From assembly GCA_038227875.1 (NCBI GenBank), contig JBBRPR010000022.1, positions 66,067 to 130,066 on the forward strand: DNA of 64,000 nucleotides. The letters run 5' to 3'. The translations under genes and the position numbers were made by a program. The notes below the pieces were generated by a model. That model saw only the letters and a program-made list of their open reading frames with translations, did not search any database and had not been told where the DNA came from. Below, in pieces: positions 1-9,371 of this stretch; within the stretch, counting starts at the first letter, position 1, and each line of letters starts with the position of its first letter. The stretch is from Planctomycetota bacterium. Lineage in GTDB: Bacteria > Planctomycetota > SZUA-567 > H5-PLA8.

Positions 1-698
1 ACAGCGACGATTCCACTGGGAAGACCGGCGGATCTGCCGTGGCGCCGGGTGTGTCCGCCAACACGACGCCAAACGCCACCGTGACCGAAAGTGCCCTGGG
101 CAGCAACTCCCGCAAGCAGAAAACAACGTCCAACCGCTACCACTACAACACGATCTCCGAACGCGTAATCGCGCCAGTCGGCTCCGTACGCCGGCTTTCG
201 GTCGCCGTGCTCGTGGCTCCGCATACCAAAACAGGCGGCAAAGATGCGAAGGACGCCGGCGCGCCGGCTCCGTTGCGCTCGCTGCAGGAGATGAACCAGC
301 TTAACGAAATCGTACGCTCAGCGGTGGGTTACTCGGCCGAACGCCAGGACGTGATCAAAGTCGAAGAACTTCCGTTTACGGCTGAACCAGTGGACTCCGC
401 CATTCCCGTTGTGGCGCCGACGGCCGTGTGGATGGATATGCTGATGCATAACATCGGCGACATTCTCGCCTTCATCGGCGTCGCGATTATGGCGCTGGTC
501 TTCTACAAGCTTTTCAGCCGAACGGTCGTGCAAGCAGCCGCGCAGCGTGCGGGTGGCTTGACTTCCAGTTCGAGCACCTCCAACACCAATTCACTCCAGG
601 AACGCCCGGTCAACGTGGTGATGCAGGAAGAAGTGAAGCAGTTGGTCTCGCAGAACAGCACGCAGGCCATCAATCTCATTCGCTCGATGATGAAGTGA
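1..698 (+). CDS. fliF: Flagellar M-ring protein FliF, C-terminal part (5' truncated by the window)
   Basis: Frame is open from the window edge. RRLSVAVLV and IVRSAVGYSAERQDVIKVEELPF motifs, then a TM helix and short C-terminal tail. Directly upstream of fliG. Confidence 0.9.
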   Translation, partial: SDDSTGKTGGSAVAPGVSANTTPNATVTESALGSNSRKQKTTSNRYHYNTISERVIAPVGSVRRLSVAVLVAPHTKTGGKDAKDAGAPAPLRSLQEMNQLNEIVRSAVGYSAERQDVIKVEELPFTAEPVDSAIPVVAPTAVWMDMLMHNIGDILAFIGVAIMALVFYKLFSRTVVQAAAQRAGGLTSSSSTSNTNSLQERPVNVVMQEEVKQLVSQNSTQAINLIRSMMK

Positions 699-734
699 TC
701 CTCTTTTACTCCTTTTCCATAGGAAGCGTTCACC

Positions 735-1760
735 ATGGCAACCGCAACGAAAGAACAGAAGGGCCCGACACTCACTGGTGTGCAGCGCGCCGCCATCGTC
801 ATCACCTCCCTGGGCCTGGAGAGCGCGGCGTCGGTGTTCAAGGGCCTTGAAGAAGAAGAAATGGAAGAGCTGACCACCGCGATCGCGGATTTGAAAAGTA
901 TTCCCGACGACGTCCGCAACCAGGCGCTGAAGGAATTCGGCGAACAGATGAAGTCCGGCGCGGCCTCCAATGAAATGGTGAGTTTGCAGAACCTGCTCGA
1001 AAAGAGCATCGGCAAGGAAAAGGCCGAATTCATCCTCTCCAAGATTCAGACCGCCAAAGACGGCAAGCTGTTTGAAGCCTTCAACATTCTCGACCCCAAG
1101 CAGATTGTCGCCATGCTGCAGCAGGAGCGACCGCAGACGGTCGGGTTGATCCTCTGCCATCTAAATCCCAAGCGCGCCGCCGAAATTCTCTCCGTCTTCG
1201 ATTCCGAATTCCAGGGCCAGGTGATCTGCTGCATCGGCCACATGGACCGCATTTCGCCGGAAGTCGTGATCAAGATCGATGCCATCGTGAAGCGCAAGCT
1301 CAGCGGCATGCAGGGCAAACTGCGCGTGACCGGTGGACCCAAGACGATCGCCCAGATGCTCAATCACGTCGACCGCAGCTCGGAAAAACGCATCTTCGAA
1401 GTCCTCAACAAGAAGGACGAAGGCCTCGTCGGCGACATCAAGCGCCTGATGCTCCTGTTCGAAGATCTCGTCTCGCTCGACGACAAGGCCGTGCAGCAGC
1501 TCCTGCGCGAAATTGACATGAACGACTTGGCGCTGGCCTTGAAGGGCGCGCCGCCGGAGATGAAGGCGCTGATCCAGCGCAATCTCTCCAAGCGCGCCGC
1601 CGAACGGTTGATCGAAGAGTCGGAATTGATGGGGCCCAAACCGCGCCAGGACGTGGAATCCGCGCAGCAGCGCATCGTCGCGGTGGTCCGCCGGCTGGAA
1701 GAAGAAGGCAAGTTGACGCTGGGCGGACGCGGCGGAGGCACCGATGAACTCGTCGCCTAA
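735..1760 (+). CDS. fliG: Flagellar motor switch protein FliG
   Basis: LTGVQRAAIV N-terminus, ERPQTVGLIL, LLFEDL and LALALKGA motifs; 341 aa. Confidence 0.97.
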   Translation: MATATKEQKGPTLTGVQRAAIVITSLGLESAASVFKGLEEEEMEELTTAIADLKSIPDDVRNQALKEFGEQMKSGAASNEMVSLQNLLEKSIGKEKAEFILSKIQTAKDGKLFEAFNILDPKQIVAMLQQERPQTVGLILCHLNPKRAAEILSVFDSEFQGQVICCIGHMDRISPEVVIKIDAIVKRKLSGMQGKLRVTGGPKTIAQMLNHVDRSSEKRIFEVLNKKDEGLVGDIKRLMLLFEDLVSLDDKAVQQLLREIDMNDLALALKGAPPEMKALIQRNLSKRAAERLIEESELMGPKPRQDVESAQQRIVAVVRRLEEEGKLTLGGRGGGTDELVA

Positions 1761-2388
1761 AGGACAAACCGTCCACATCGGCCGCATTCTCCGGGGCGTT
1801 GAATACGTCGCGAAGTCGGTCGATGGCCAGCCCGAAAACGGCGCCAACGGAACAGGAAAGCCCGCGGGCCCGACCACCTCGCAGCTGATCGACGCGGCTT
1901 ATGAACAAGGCCGCGCGAAGGGCCGCGAAGAGGCGCTGCGCGAACTGGCGCCGACGGCCGTGGCGCTCAAGCAGATGATGGACGTACTTACCCGCGAAAC
2001 CAAGGATCACGCCGGCGCGATCGATCGCTTCGCGACCCGCTTGTCACTGCGCATTGCCGCAAAAATTCTCGATCGCGAAGTCAGCGACCCCGCGGCGCTC
2101 ACCCACATGATCGCCAGCGCGCTCTCGCAGATTCCGCTCTCCGGACCTCTGCAGATCCGCCTCAATCCGCTCGATGTCGTGGAACTCAACGCGTTTCTCG
2201 GCCAGGCGCTGAGCAAGAATGTGTTCCTGCCAAAAGAGACGGTACTTGTTGCCGATCCCAGCCTGCGGCGCGGCGGTTGCGTGATCGACAATGGCACCGG
2301 CCGGCTCGATGCCCGCATTGAAACTCAACTCAGCCTGATCGAAAAGGCGCTTGAAGCCTACCCAGACAAGGAGCGCGCCCGTGGTTGA
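1744..2388 (+). CDS. fliH: Flagellar export ATPase regulator FliH
   Basis: AYEQGRAKG GxxxG repeat; IRLNPLD and ADPSLRRGGCVI...GRLDARIETQL C-terminal motif; lies between fliG and fliI. Confidence 0.9.
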   Translation: MNSSPKGQTVHIGRILRGVEYVAKSVDGQPENGANGTGKPAGPTTSQLIDAAYEQGRAKGREEALRELAPTAVALKQMMDVLTRETKDHAGAIDRFATRLSLRIAAKILDREVSDPAALTHMIASALSQIPLSGPLQIRLNPLDVVELNAFLGQALSKNVFLPKETVLVADPSLRRGGCVIDNGTGRLDARIETQLSLIEKALEAYPDKERARG

Positions 2389-3706
2389 TGCCCCGCTCGA
2401 TCTCAACTCCAAACTCAAACGCGTCCATGAAAGCTCCCGATTTGTGCGCATGGGTGTGATCAACTGCGTCTCCGGTCTGACGATCGAAACCTGCGGCCCC
2501 TTCGCGGCACTGGGTGAAATCTGCCACATCCATCTTCCGGATGGCACGCGCCGTCCCGCGGAAGTGGTCGGCTTCAAAGGTTCAAATCTCTTCCTGATGC
2601 CGCTGGGGGAACTCGATGGCATCGCTCCCGGACTGACCGTCACCGCCGAAGGCCGAGGCCTGACCATTCCCGTCAGCCGCCACATGCGCGGCCGCGTGGT
2701 CGATGGCCTCTGCCAGCCGATTGACGGCAAAGGTCCGATCACTCCTGAAGCGCACCAACCACTGGCCGCGCTGCCTCCCGATCCCCTCACCCGCCCCCGC
2801 GTGAAAGATGTGATGCCTCTCGGCATTCGCGTCGTCGACGGCATGCTCACCTGCGGCCGCGGACAGCGCATGGGTATTTTTGGCGGCTCCGGCGTGGGCA
2901 AGTCCACACTGCTGGGCATGTTCGCCCGCTATGCAAAATCGGACACGAACGTAATCGCCCTGATCGGCGAACGCGGCCGCGAAGTCCGCGACTTCATCGA
3001 ACGCGATCTGGGCGAAGAAGGCATGCGCCGCTCGATCGTTATCGTCGTCACCTCCGATCAGCCGCCGCTGCTGCGCCTGAAAGGCGCGCTGACGGCCTGC
3101 GCGCTCTCCGAATATTTCCGCGATCAGGGCCAGAACGTACTGCTGATGATGGACTCGGTGACGCGTGTCTGTCTGGCGCAGCGCGAAATCGGCCTGGCCG
3201 TCGGTGAACCGCCGACGACACGCGGCTACACGCCGTCGGTCTATTCGATGCTACCCAAGCTGCTCGAACGGTCGGGCACATCTGAGAAAGGTTCGATCAC
3301 GGGCCTCTACACGGTGCTGGTGGAAGGCGACGACATGAATGAACCGGTTGCCGATGCCACACGCTCGATTCTCGACGGCCACATTGTCCTCTCGCGCGAC
3401 CTGGCCGGCGCCAATCACTTTCCAGCGATCGACGTGCTCAACAGCCAGAGCCGCGTGTTCACGGACATCGCCACACAGAAGCACCGCGCCAACGCCGGAC
3501 GCATCCGCAATCTCATGGCCTCGTACAACCGCGCGCGCGATTTAATTGACGTCGGCGCGTACGTCCCTGGCAGTAATGCCGACACCGATGCCGCGATTCA
3601 GTCTCAGTCCAAGATTCAAAACTTCCTGCGGCAGGCGCCGGAAGAACATTCGACGTTTGAAACGACCACGAAAGCAATGGCCGGAATCACAGGGTTGGGT
3701 GAATAG
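2381..3706 (+). CDS. fliI: Flagellar export ATPase FliI
   Basis: Walker A GGSGVGKST, LIGERGREV and MMDSVTR. GTG start at 2381 chosen for the AAGGAG RBS (ORF track starts at 2351). Confidence 0.97.
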   Translation: MVDAPLDLNSKLKRVHESSRFVRMGVINCVSGLTIETCGPFAALGEICHIHLPDGTRRPAEVVGFKGSNLFLMPLGELDGIAPGLTVTAEGRGLTIPVSRHMRGRVVDGLCQPIDGKGPITPEAHQPLAALPPDPLTRPRVKDVMPLGIRVVDGMLTCGRGQRMGIFGGSGVGKSTLLGMFARYAKSDTNVIALIGERGREVRDFIERDLGEEGMRRSIVIVVTSDQPPLLRLKGALTACALSEYFRDQGQNVLLMMDSVTRVCLAQREIGLAVGEPPTTRGYTPSVYSMLPKLLERSGTSEKGSITGLYTVLVEGDDMNEPVADATRSILDGHIVLSRDLAGANHFPAIDVLNSQSRVFTDIATQKHRANAGRIRNLMASYNRARDLIDVGAYVPGSNADTDAAIQSQSKIQNFLRQAPEEHSTFETTTKAMAGITGLGE

Positions 3707-3787
3707 GAATTGGCTACGCGGTAACGCCTTTACTGCCAGGCGTTCACCGAGACATCGGCAGAATAATACCCTTCGATGGACTGCAAT

Positions 3788-4231
3788 ATGCGCTTCAAAT
3801 TCCGACTGATCCGATTGCTCGAACTGCGCGACGCCGAAGTCGATCGCTGCGAAAAGGCGCTGGGTGTTGCAATTCAGGCGACGCAGGCTGCGACGATGGA
3901 TATGCACCGCAATCAGCGTGAACAGCGCGAGTTGGATCGAGCCTGGGCAGAAGCGATGAAGACCTCGATCACGGGCGCCACCCTCATGGATTTCAATAAC
4001 GAACGCCTGAAATTGTTCGCCGATTCGCAAATGCTCAACGACGCGCTGCTGAAATGCCGCCAGCAGGAAGATGTCTGCAAGAAGGAGCTCGAACGCGCAA
4101 TGGCCAAGCAGAAGTCGCTCCAAAAACTGGAGGCTCGCGCGCGGTTGAAGCACGAAGCGGCCGAACGACTGCACGAACAGAATCAATTGGATGAGTTTTG
4201 CGTCACCAGCACAGCGAGGAAGAGCGAATGA
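3788..4231 (+). CDS. fliJ: Flagellar export protein FliJ
   Basis: MRFKFRLIRLLELR N-terminus, coiled-coil composition, EQNQLDE C-terminal motif; follows fliI. Confidence 0.85.
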   Translation: MRFKFRLIRLLELRDAEVDRCEKALGVAIQATQAATMDMHRNQREQRELDRAWAEAMKTSITGATLMDFNNERLKLFADSQMLNDALLKCRQQEDVCKKELERAMAKQKSLQKLEARARLKHEAAERLHEQNQLDEFCVTSTARKSE

Positions 4232-4890
4232 GACACGGTTCTGGAAAAGCAATGGCGGTGGTGCTCTTCATCGTCGGAATTGCCGTCGGCCTGGCCATCG
4301 CCGTGGTTCCACGCGTGATGGGCAAGGACCTGTTCAAATCAATGGTGCCCGCGGAAGCTGCCGTCGCCACGAATCCCGATGAGAAGACCGAAGACAAAGC
4401 GGACGACAAAGATAAGTCGAAAAGCGGCGCCGCACCCATGGTACATCCGAAGGAAGTGGAACTGCGCCGCATGATCGCCGACGTCTCCAAGCAGCGCGCG
4501 GCGCTCGACGAACGCGAAAAGCCGCTCGCTGTGCGCGAAGCCAAGATCAAGCAGGAACTCACCGCGCTGGAAGAATTGAAGAAGCAGATTGAAGACAACG
4601 AAGGCAAATTCAAGAAGGACATCGTCGAAGTCAAGACCGACGAAATCAAAAACACAAAGAAGCTGGCCAAGATCTGGTCGCAGATGGAACCCAGCGAAGT
4701 CGCCAAGATTGCCTCGGGGATGGACGTCGAACTGGTCGCCAAGATTCTTGGCGCGATGACCGAACGCCAGGCGGCGACGATCATGGGCTCGCTCACCGCG
4801 CTGCCCGATGCAGGCAAGCTCGCACCGGAACTGATCGTGAAACTTAAGCAGATGAAGGTGGCCGCGCCGCCCGTCACGGAGGCCAACTGA
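4228..4890 (+). CDS. YlxF/FlbB/MotE-like membrane-anchored flagellar protein (TM, coiled coil, MgtE_N-like helical domain)
   Basis: N-terminal TM, charged coiled coil, then KKLAKIWSQMEPSEVAKI...ILGAMTERQAATIM. Position between fliJ and fliK matches Bacillus ylxF and Borrelia flbB. Confidence 0.75.
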   Translation: MRHGSGKAMAVVLFIVGIAVGLAIAVVPRVMGKDLFKSMVPAEAAVATNPDEKTEDKADDKDKSKSGAAPMVHPKEVELRRMIADVSKQRAALDEREKPLAVREAKIKQELTALEELKKQIEDNEGKFKKDIVEVKTDEIKNTKKLAKIWSQMEPSEVAKIASGMDVELVAKILGAMTERQAATIMGSLTALPDAGKLAPELIVKLKQMKVAAPPVTEAN

Positions 4891-6929
4891 TGTCTACCGT
4901 CTCGACCAGTTCCACGGGTACGCCACCGCTCAGTGGCAGTCCGGTTCCCGCCTCTCCCGTCCCGGCCAATCCGAGCGATGGCGCACCGGCGCAGTCATTC
5001 AGCGACGTGCTGAACTCCATGCCAAATTCCGCGCCAACCTTGGCCGCGCCTGTCGCATCAACGGCGCCCGCTCCAGTGGCACCGCAAACGAACGGGCAGT
5101 CCGCCAAGTCTTTCAACTCCACGGCAGCGGCTGCCTCCAATACGACTGCAAACGAAACGGCCTCTTCCACGCGTTCTGATTATGTAGAGCCGAATGACAT
5201 CTCGACGTTGCCTGACTCCGCGGCGAATGGTACCGACCTGGCGGCCTTGCCTGCCGCGTCCACCGTTTCTCCAGACGAAGACAACGCGAATCTGCAGGCG
5301 TCGGTTCCGGTAAATTCCAATGGAAGAATCACGCTATCCGCGGCCGACGCCAGGGCCGCGAATGCAAAAATCCTGCGCGCGCTGGCACTCACGAACGCGC
5401 CCGCTCCGCTACTCATCAATCCTCTTGCCGTCGCTTCGGATTCCAATGCGCAAAGCGCGCCCGTAACGGCGGCGGTTCCACAGGACAACAGCAAAAACAG
5501 CGACGATGATGCGCAGGCTGCCACGGATTCGCCATCCACTTCCGAGCAGGTTCAAGCGCAACCGGTCGCGGTGCCGCCTCCCATGCAAGTATGTATTCCG
5601 CCGATCCCGGCGCCTGTCCAGGCCAGCTTCACTCCAACCACGAACACAAACACGGATGGGGAGAGTGACGCAGCTTCCGGAGAGCGCACACCCATCACCG
5701 CGTCATCCACATTTAACGCCAGCACCCAGCCTACGCGCATCATGGTCAACGCCGCCACTGTGCGCGATCGGTATGCACAGACGGATTCAACGCCACACTC
5801 CAGCGACGCAGCTGCGCCAGATCAGGCCGCGAGCACGCAGCTTGATCCGTTGCGAAACCTGTTGGATACCATGACTCCCGTCGATGCTGCGCCAGTCGCT
5901 CCTGCGTCCGATACCACGCTCTACAGTCAGAATGACGCAGCGTCCATCGTTCCGGCGGACACGTTCACAATACGGACGACGACAACAGCCACCGCTGGCC
6001 AGAGTACGAAAGCCGGCGCCAAATCGAGCACTGTGGAGAATGCGTCGAATTCCACGGTGGTGGCTCATTCGAACACGCTCGCGAGTGCTCCCTCTATCAT
6101 CCAAACCGCAGCGCAGTCGGCGGCACTGTCGAACGACACGGTTTCAACGTCGAATGCGAGCGCCGCAGCGGCCACGATAGCAGCCGTCAGCACCGATACT
6201 CAAAACGCCCGCGGTACCAGCGAAACAGGTTCGAATTTCCCAAAGAATTCCGCTCAACCCGCGTCGTTTTCGAACGATCAGTTCAATGTCGCCGCGCCCG
6301 TTGCTCCGGCCCTGTCCGCCGGATCGACCGACGCGAATGCAAACAATGCCGACACCGCGTTTGGCCACGACCGGCAAGCGTCTTCAGCTTCACAGCTCGA
6401 CTCCGACGCGCCCGCAAGCGGCCCTGCCGCCAATGGGTCGAAGGCTGAAACTTTTGCAGCGAATGCATTTTCTGCAGTCGCGCCCGGTGGCTATTGGACG
6501 GAAAAAACTCCGGATGCCGCGCCTGCGAAAACCTCCGAAGTTTTCAATCAAGTTCTCGACGTTCTTCCAAAGCCTTTGCAGGCAACGACCATAACGATCA
6601 AGCCGGAAGGCTATGGCGCGATCACCATCCGCGTAACCCCTCAGCCGCTGGACACCGCGTCGCCGTGGCGAATTTCCATTCGCACCTCCGATGCTTCGGC
6701 GCACGCCTTGCTTTCACAGAATGTTGCCGAACTTCGGCAAAATTTAAAAGGCGATCCTGCGCATGTGTTTGGATCGCTGAAACCGGCGCTGCAGGCCAGC
6801 GCCACTCAGGAAACGCCAATGCGCCAGGACAGTCAGAATTCAAAGGGCGGACAACGGCAGGATTTTGAGCAACGGCAGCGCAACAGGTCCCGCGGATTCG
6901 TCTTCGAATTACCGGAACTGGACGCGTAA
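4890..6929 (+). CDS. fliK: Flagellar hook-length control protein FliK (679 aa)
   Basis: Long Ala/Ser/Thr/Pro low-complexity region. C-terminal ITIKPEGYGAITIRV...ALLSQNVAELRQNL resembles the T3S4 domain. Directly before flgD. Confidence 0.8.
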   Translation: MSTVSTSSTGTPPLSGSPVPASPVPANPSDGAPAQSFSDVLNSMPNSAPTLAAPVASTAPAPVAPQTNGQSAKSFNSTAAAASNTTANETASSTRSDYVEPNDISTLPDSAANGTDLAALPAASTVSPDEDNANLQASVPVNSNGRITLSAADARAANAKILRALALTNAPAPLLINPLAVASDSNAQSAPVTAAVPQDNSKNSDDDAQAATDSPSTSEQVQAQPVAVPPPMQVCIPPIPAPVQASFTPTTNTNTDGESDAASGERTPITASSTFNASTQPTRIMVNAATVRDRYAQTDSTPHSSDAAAPDQAASTQLDPLRNLLDTMTPVDAAPVAPASDTTLYSQNDAASIVPADTFTIRTTTTATAGQSTKAGAKSSTVENASNSTVVAHSNTLASAPSIIQTAAQSAALSNDTVSTSNASAAAATIAAVSTDTQNARGTSETGSNFPKNSAQPASFSNDQFNVAAPVAPALSAGSTDANANNADTAFGHDRQASSASQLDSDAPASGPAANGSKAETFAANAFSAVAPGGYWTEKTPDAAPAKTSEVFNQVLDVLPKPLQATTITIKPEGYGAITIRVTPQPLDTASPWRISIRTSDASAHALLSQNVAELRQNLKGDPAHVFGSLKPALQASATQETPMRQDSQNSKGGQRQDFEQRQRNRSRGFVFELPELDA

Positions 6930-6938
6930 GGAGCGATC

Positions 6939-7370
6939 ATGACGACCACTAACGCACTCGGCAGCACTTCGACTTCCAGTGTGGCCAACACGGCCTCGAA
7001 CCTGTCCAAGAGCATGAATGCCGACACGTTCATGAAGATGTTCACCACCGAACTGGCCAACCAGAATCCGATGAGCCCCATGGACACGGCGCAGTTTCTC
7101 AATCAGTTCTCGCAGATTACCCAGGTTCAGTCGGTCACAGAATTGACCCAATCCATGGGTAAATTCCAGAACATCATGTCGTCACTGCTCAATTCGAGCA
7201 ACGCCAACCAGGGCGTCGGACTTCTGGGAAAGACCGTGAATTTCACCGACCCGAATGGCCAGCCGGCCTCAGGACTGGTGAGCGCGATGGCGATCGCGCC
7301 GGATGGCAGCGTCAAACTCAATGTCAACGGCGCCGCCGTTGATCTGACTTCCGTCACCCAGGTGAACTGA
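6939..7370 (+). CDS. flgD: Hook capping protein FlgD
   Basis: FMKMFTTELANQNPMSPMDTAQFLNQ motif and LLGKTV. Confidence 0.92.
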   Translation: MTTTNALGSTSTSSVANTASNLSKSMNADTFMKMFTTELANQNPMSPMDTAQFLNQFSQITQVQSVTELTQSMGKFQNIMSSLLNSSNANQGVGLLGKTVNFTDPNGQPASGLVSAMAIAPDGSVKLNVNGAAVDLTSVTQVN

Positions 7371-7427
7371 CCACGCATTCGTCAACCGCGCCATTCCGGC
7401 GCCCGTTCGGAATAGGAGAAGAACAGC

Positions 7428-8336
7428 ATGTCCATTGAATCGATGTATACCGCGGTTTCCTCGCTGCAGGCGCATCAGCAGTACCTCAGCGTGGTCGCGA
7501 ACAATCTGGCCAATGTGGATACGATCGGATTCAAGGACAGCCGCGTGCTGTTCTCCGACGCCATCTCGCAGACGCTGCAGCAGCCCACCGCGTCGTCGGG
7601 CCTGAACCCCGGCGGCAATGGCTCGCAGATCGGCCTGGGTGTCGGCCTGAGCAGCATTACGCCGCTGTTCACGCAGGGCTCCTTGATGTCGACGGGCGTG
7701 CCCACCGATCTGGCGATCAGCGGCAAAGGCTTCTTCGTGGTGAAGGATCCGACCGTCGCTCCGGCCAGCACGTACTACACGCGCGCCGGCGCGCTTAATC
7801 TGCAGAATTCCTCCGTCGCCGGCATCCAGGGCTATCTCGTCACGCCCACGGGCCAGCGCGTACAGGGTGCGGTCATCACCGCGCCGGCCACGGCCGCCGC
7901 CAATGGTGCCGCGCTCGCCGATGTCACCATCCCGACGACGGCCGGCGGTCCTCCGGCGCTCAACGTTACTGACTACAACATCGATTCGTCAGGCCGCGTC
8001 AATCTGCTTCTCTCGGACGGCAGCAATGTGCCGTGGATGCAGATCGGTCTGCAGAATTTCCAGAATCCCGAAGCGCTCCTGAAGGTCGGCCAGAACTTGT
8101 ACCAGGCTTCGCTGGCCTCCGGCGCGCTGTTCACCGGCGGCGGCACCGATGTCTTCCAGACTCCGGGCACCAGCGGCACGGGCAATCTCCGCTCCGGCTA
8201 TCTCGAACAGTCCAACGTCGACCTGGGTACCGAGTTCTCGAATATGATCCAGGCCGAGCGCGGACTGCAGGCCAGCGCCCGAGTCATCACGACTTCTGAC
8301 GAAGTAATGCAAGAGCTCATTAACCTCAAGCATTAG
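7428..8336 (+). CDS. flgE: Flagellar hook protein FlgE (short, 302 aa)
   Basis: ANNLANVDTIGFK, TDLAISGKGFF, YTRAG and LEQSNVDL...MIQAER motifs; follows flgD. Confidence 0.9.
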   Translation: MSIESMYTAVSSLQAHQQYLSVVANNLANVDTIGFKDSRVLFSDAISQTLQQPTASSGLNPGGNGSQIGLGVGLSSITPLFTQGSLMSTGVPTDLAISGKGFFVVKDPTVAPASTYYTRAGALNLQNSSVAGIQGYLVTPTGQRVQGAVITAPATAAANGAALADVTIPTTAGGPPALNVTDYNIDSSGRVNLLLSDGSNVPWMQIGLQNFQNPEALLKVGQNLYQASLASGALFTGGGTDVFQTPGTSGTGNLRSGYLEQSNVDLGTEFSNMIQAERGLQASARVITTSDEVMQELINLKH

Positions 8337-8437
8337 CGTCCGATTAGCTAGTTAGACAGTGCTTCTGTTTGAGCAGCGCGCTCCGGCGCTGCTCCGCGTG
8401 GACTCGTGTACCTGTTCGACATCAGGAGCTGACCGCT

Positions 8438-9289
8438 GTGGTGCTTCCGGGACTCATAGTCGTCTTTGGTGCGATGATCGGCGGCTTTCTCATGGCCGGC
8501 GGCAATCCCCTTGGACTGATCCAACCCGCCGAGTTCATTACGATTGGCGGCATGGCGTTTGGTTCCATGGTCATTTCCACGCCCATGAAGATCCTCAAGC
8601 AGTGCTTTGCCAAGCTGCTGGGTTCGTTCAAAGGCGGTCACATCTCTAAACAACTGTACATGGACCTGCTCGTGATGATGTTCAAGCTCTTTTCCCTCGC
8701 CCGCAAGAACGGACTGCTGGCGCTGGAACCGCACATTTCGGAACCGGACAAGAGCGACATCATCTCCAAGTACCCCAAGATTTCGCACAACAAGATTCTG
8801 ATCGAAATGATCACCGAAGTCCTCCGCCTGGTCGTCGACGGCAGTGCGCAGCCTGAGGAAATCGACAAGCTGATGGACGAGAGCATCGAAACGTTCGAAG
8901 CCGAAGGCCACATGCCCGTCGGCGCGTTGCAGAGCGTCGCGGACGGACTCCCGGGCATCGGGATCGTCGGCGCGGTGCTGGGCATCATCATCACCATGGG
9001 ACATATCGATGGCAAGCCGGAAGAAGTCGGTCATCACGTTGCTTGCGCGCTGGTCGGAACGTTTCTCGGCGTTTTCTGTGCTTACGGCGTACTGAGCCCC
9101 ATGATCGCCAACATCTCCCAGGCCGAATCGGAAGAAGCCAAGTGCCTGGTCGTGATCAAGACCGCGATCACCGCCTACGTCAACGGCTCAAGTCCCGCCG
9201 TGGCGATTGAATTCGCACGCCGCGCCGCCTTCAGCTTCGACCGCCCGACCGCCGCGGAAGTGGACAAGGCCTGCAAGAGTGAAGGCTGA
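8438..9289 (+). CDS. motA: Stator protein MotA (E. coli/LafT-like type)
   Basis: LIQPAEFITIGG, ARKNGLLALE, LPGIGIVGAVLG, ALVGTFLG and PAVAIEFARR. GTG start at 8438 after AGGAG (ORF track starts at 8369). Confidence 0.95.
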   Translation: MVLPGLIVVFGAMIGGFLMAGGNPLGLIQPAEFITIGGMAFGSMVISTPMKILKQCFAKLLGSFKGGHISKQLYMDLLVMMFKLFSLARKNGLLALEPHISEPDKSDIISKYPKISHNKILIEMITEVLRLVVDGSAQPEEIDKLMDESIETFEAEGHMPVGALQSVADGLPGIGIVGAVLGIIITMGHIDGKPEEVGHHVACALVGTFLGVFCAYGVLSPMIANISQAESEEAKCLVVIKTAITAYVNGSSPAVAIEFARRAAFSFDRPTAAEVDKACKSEG

Positions 9290-9371
9290 GTTTGAAATGA
9301 TGAATTCTGATCGACGAATGTGCAATGCAACGCCATCTGAAAATTGAAAACTGTCCGTAAAGGACGCTGTC

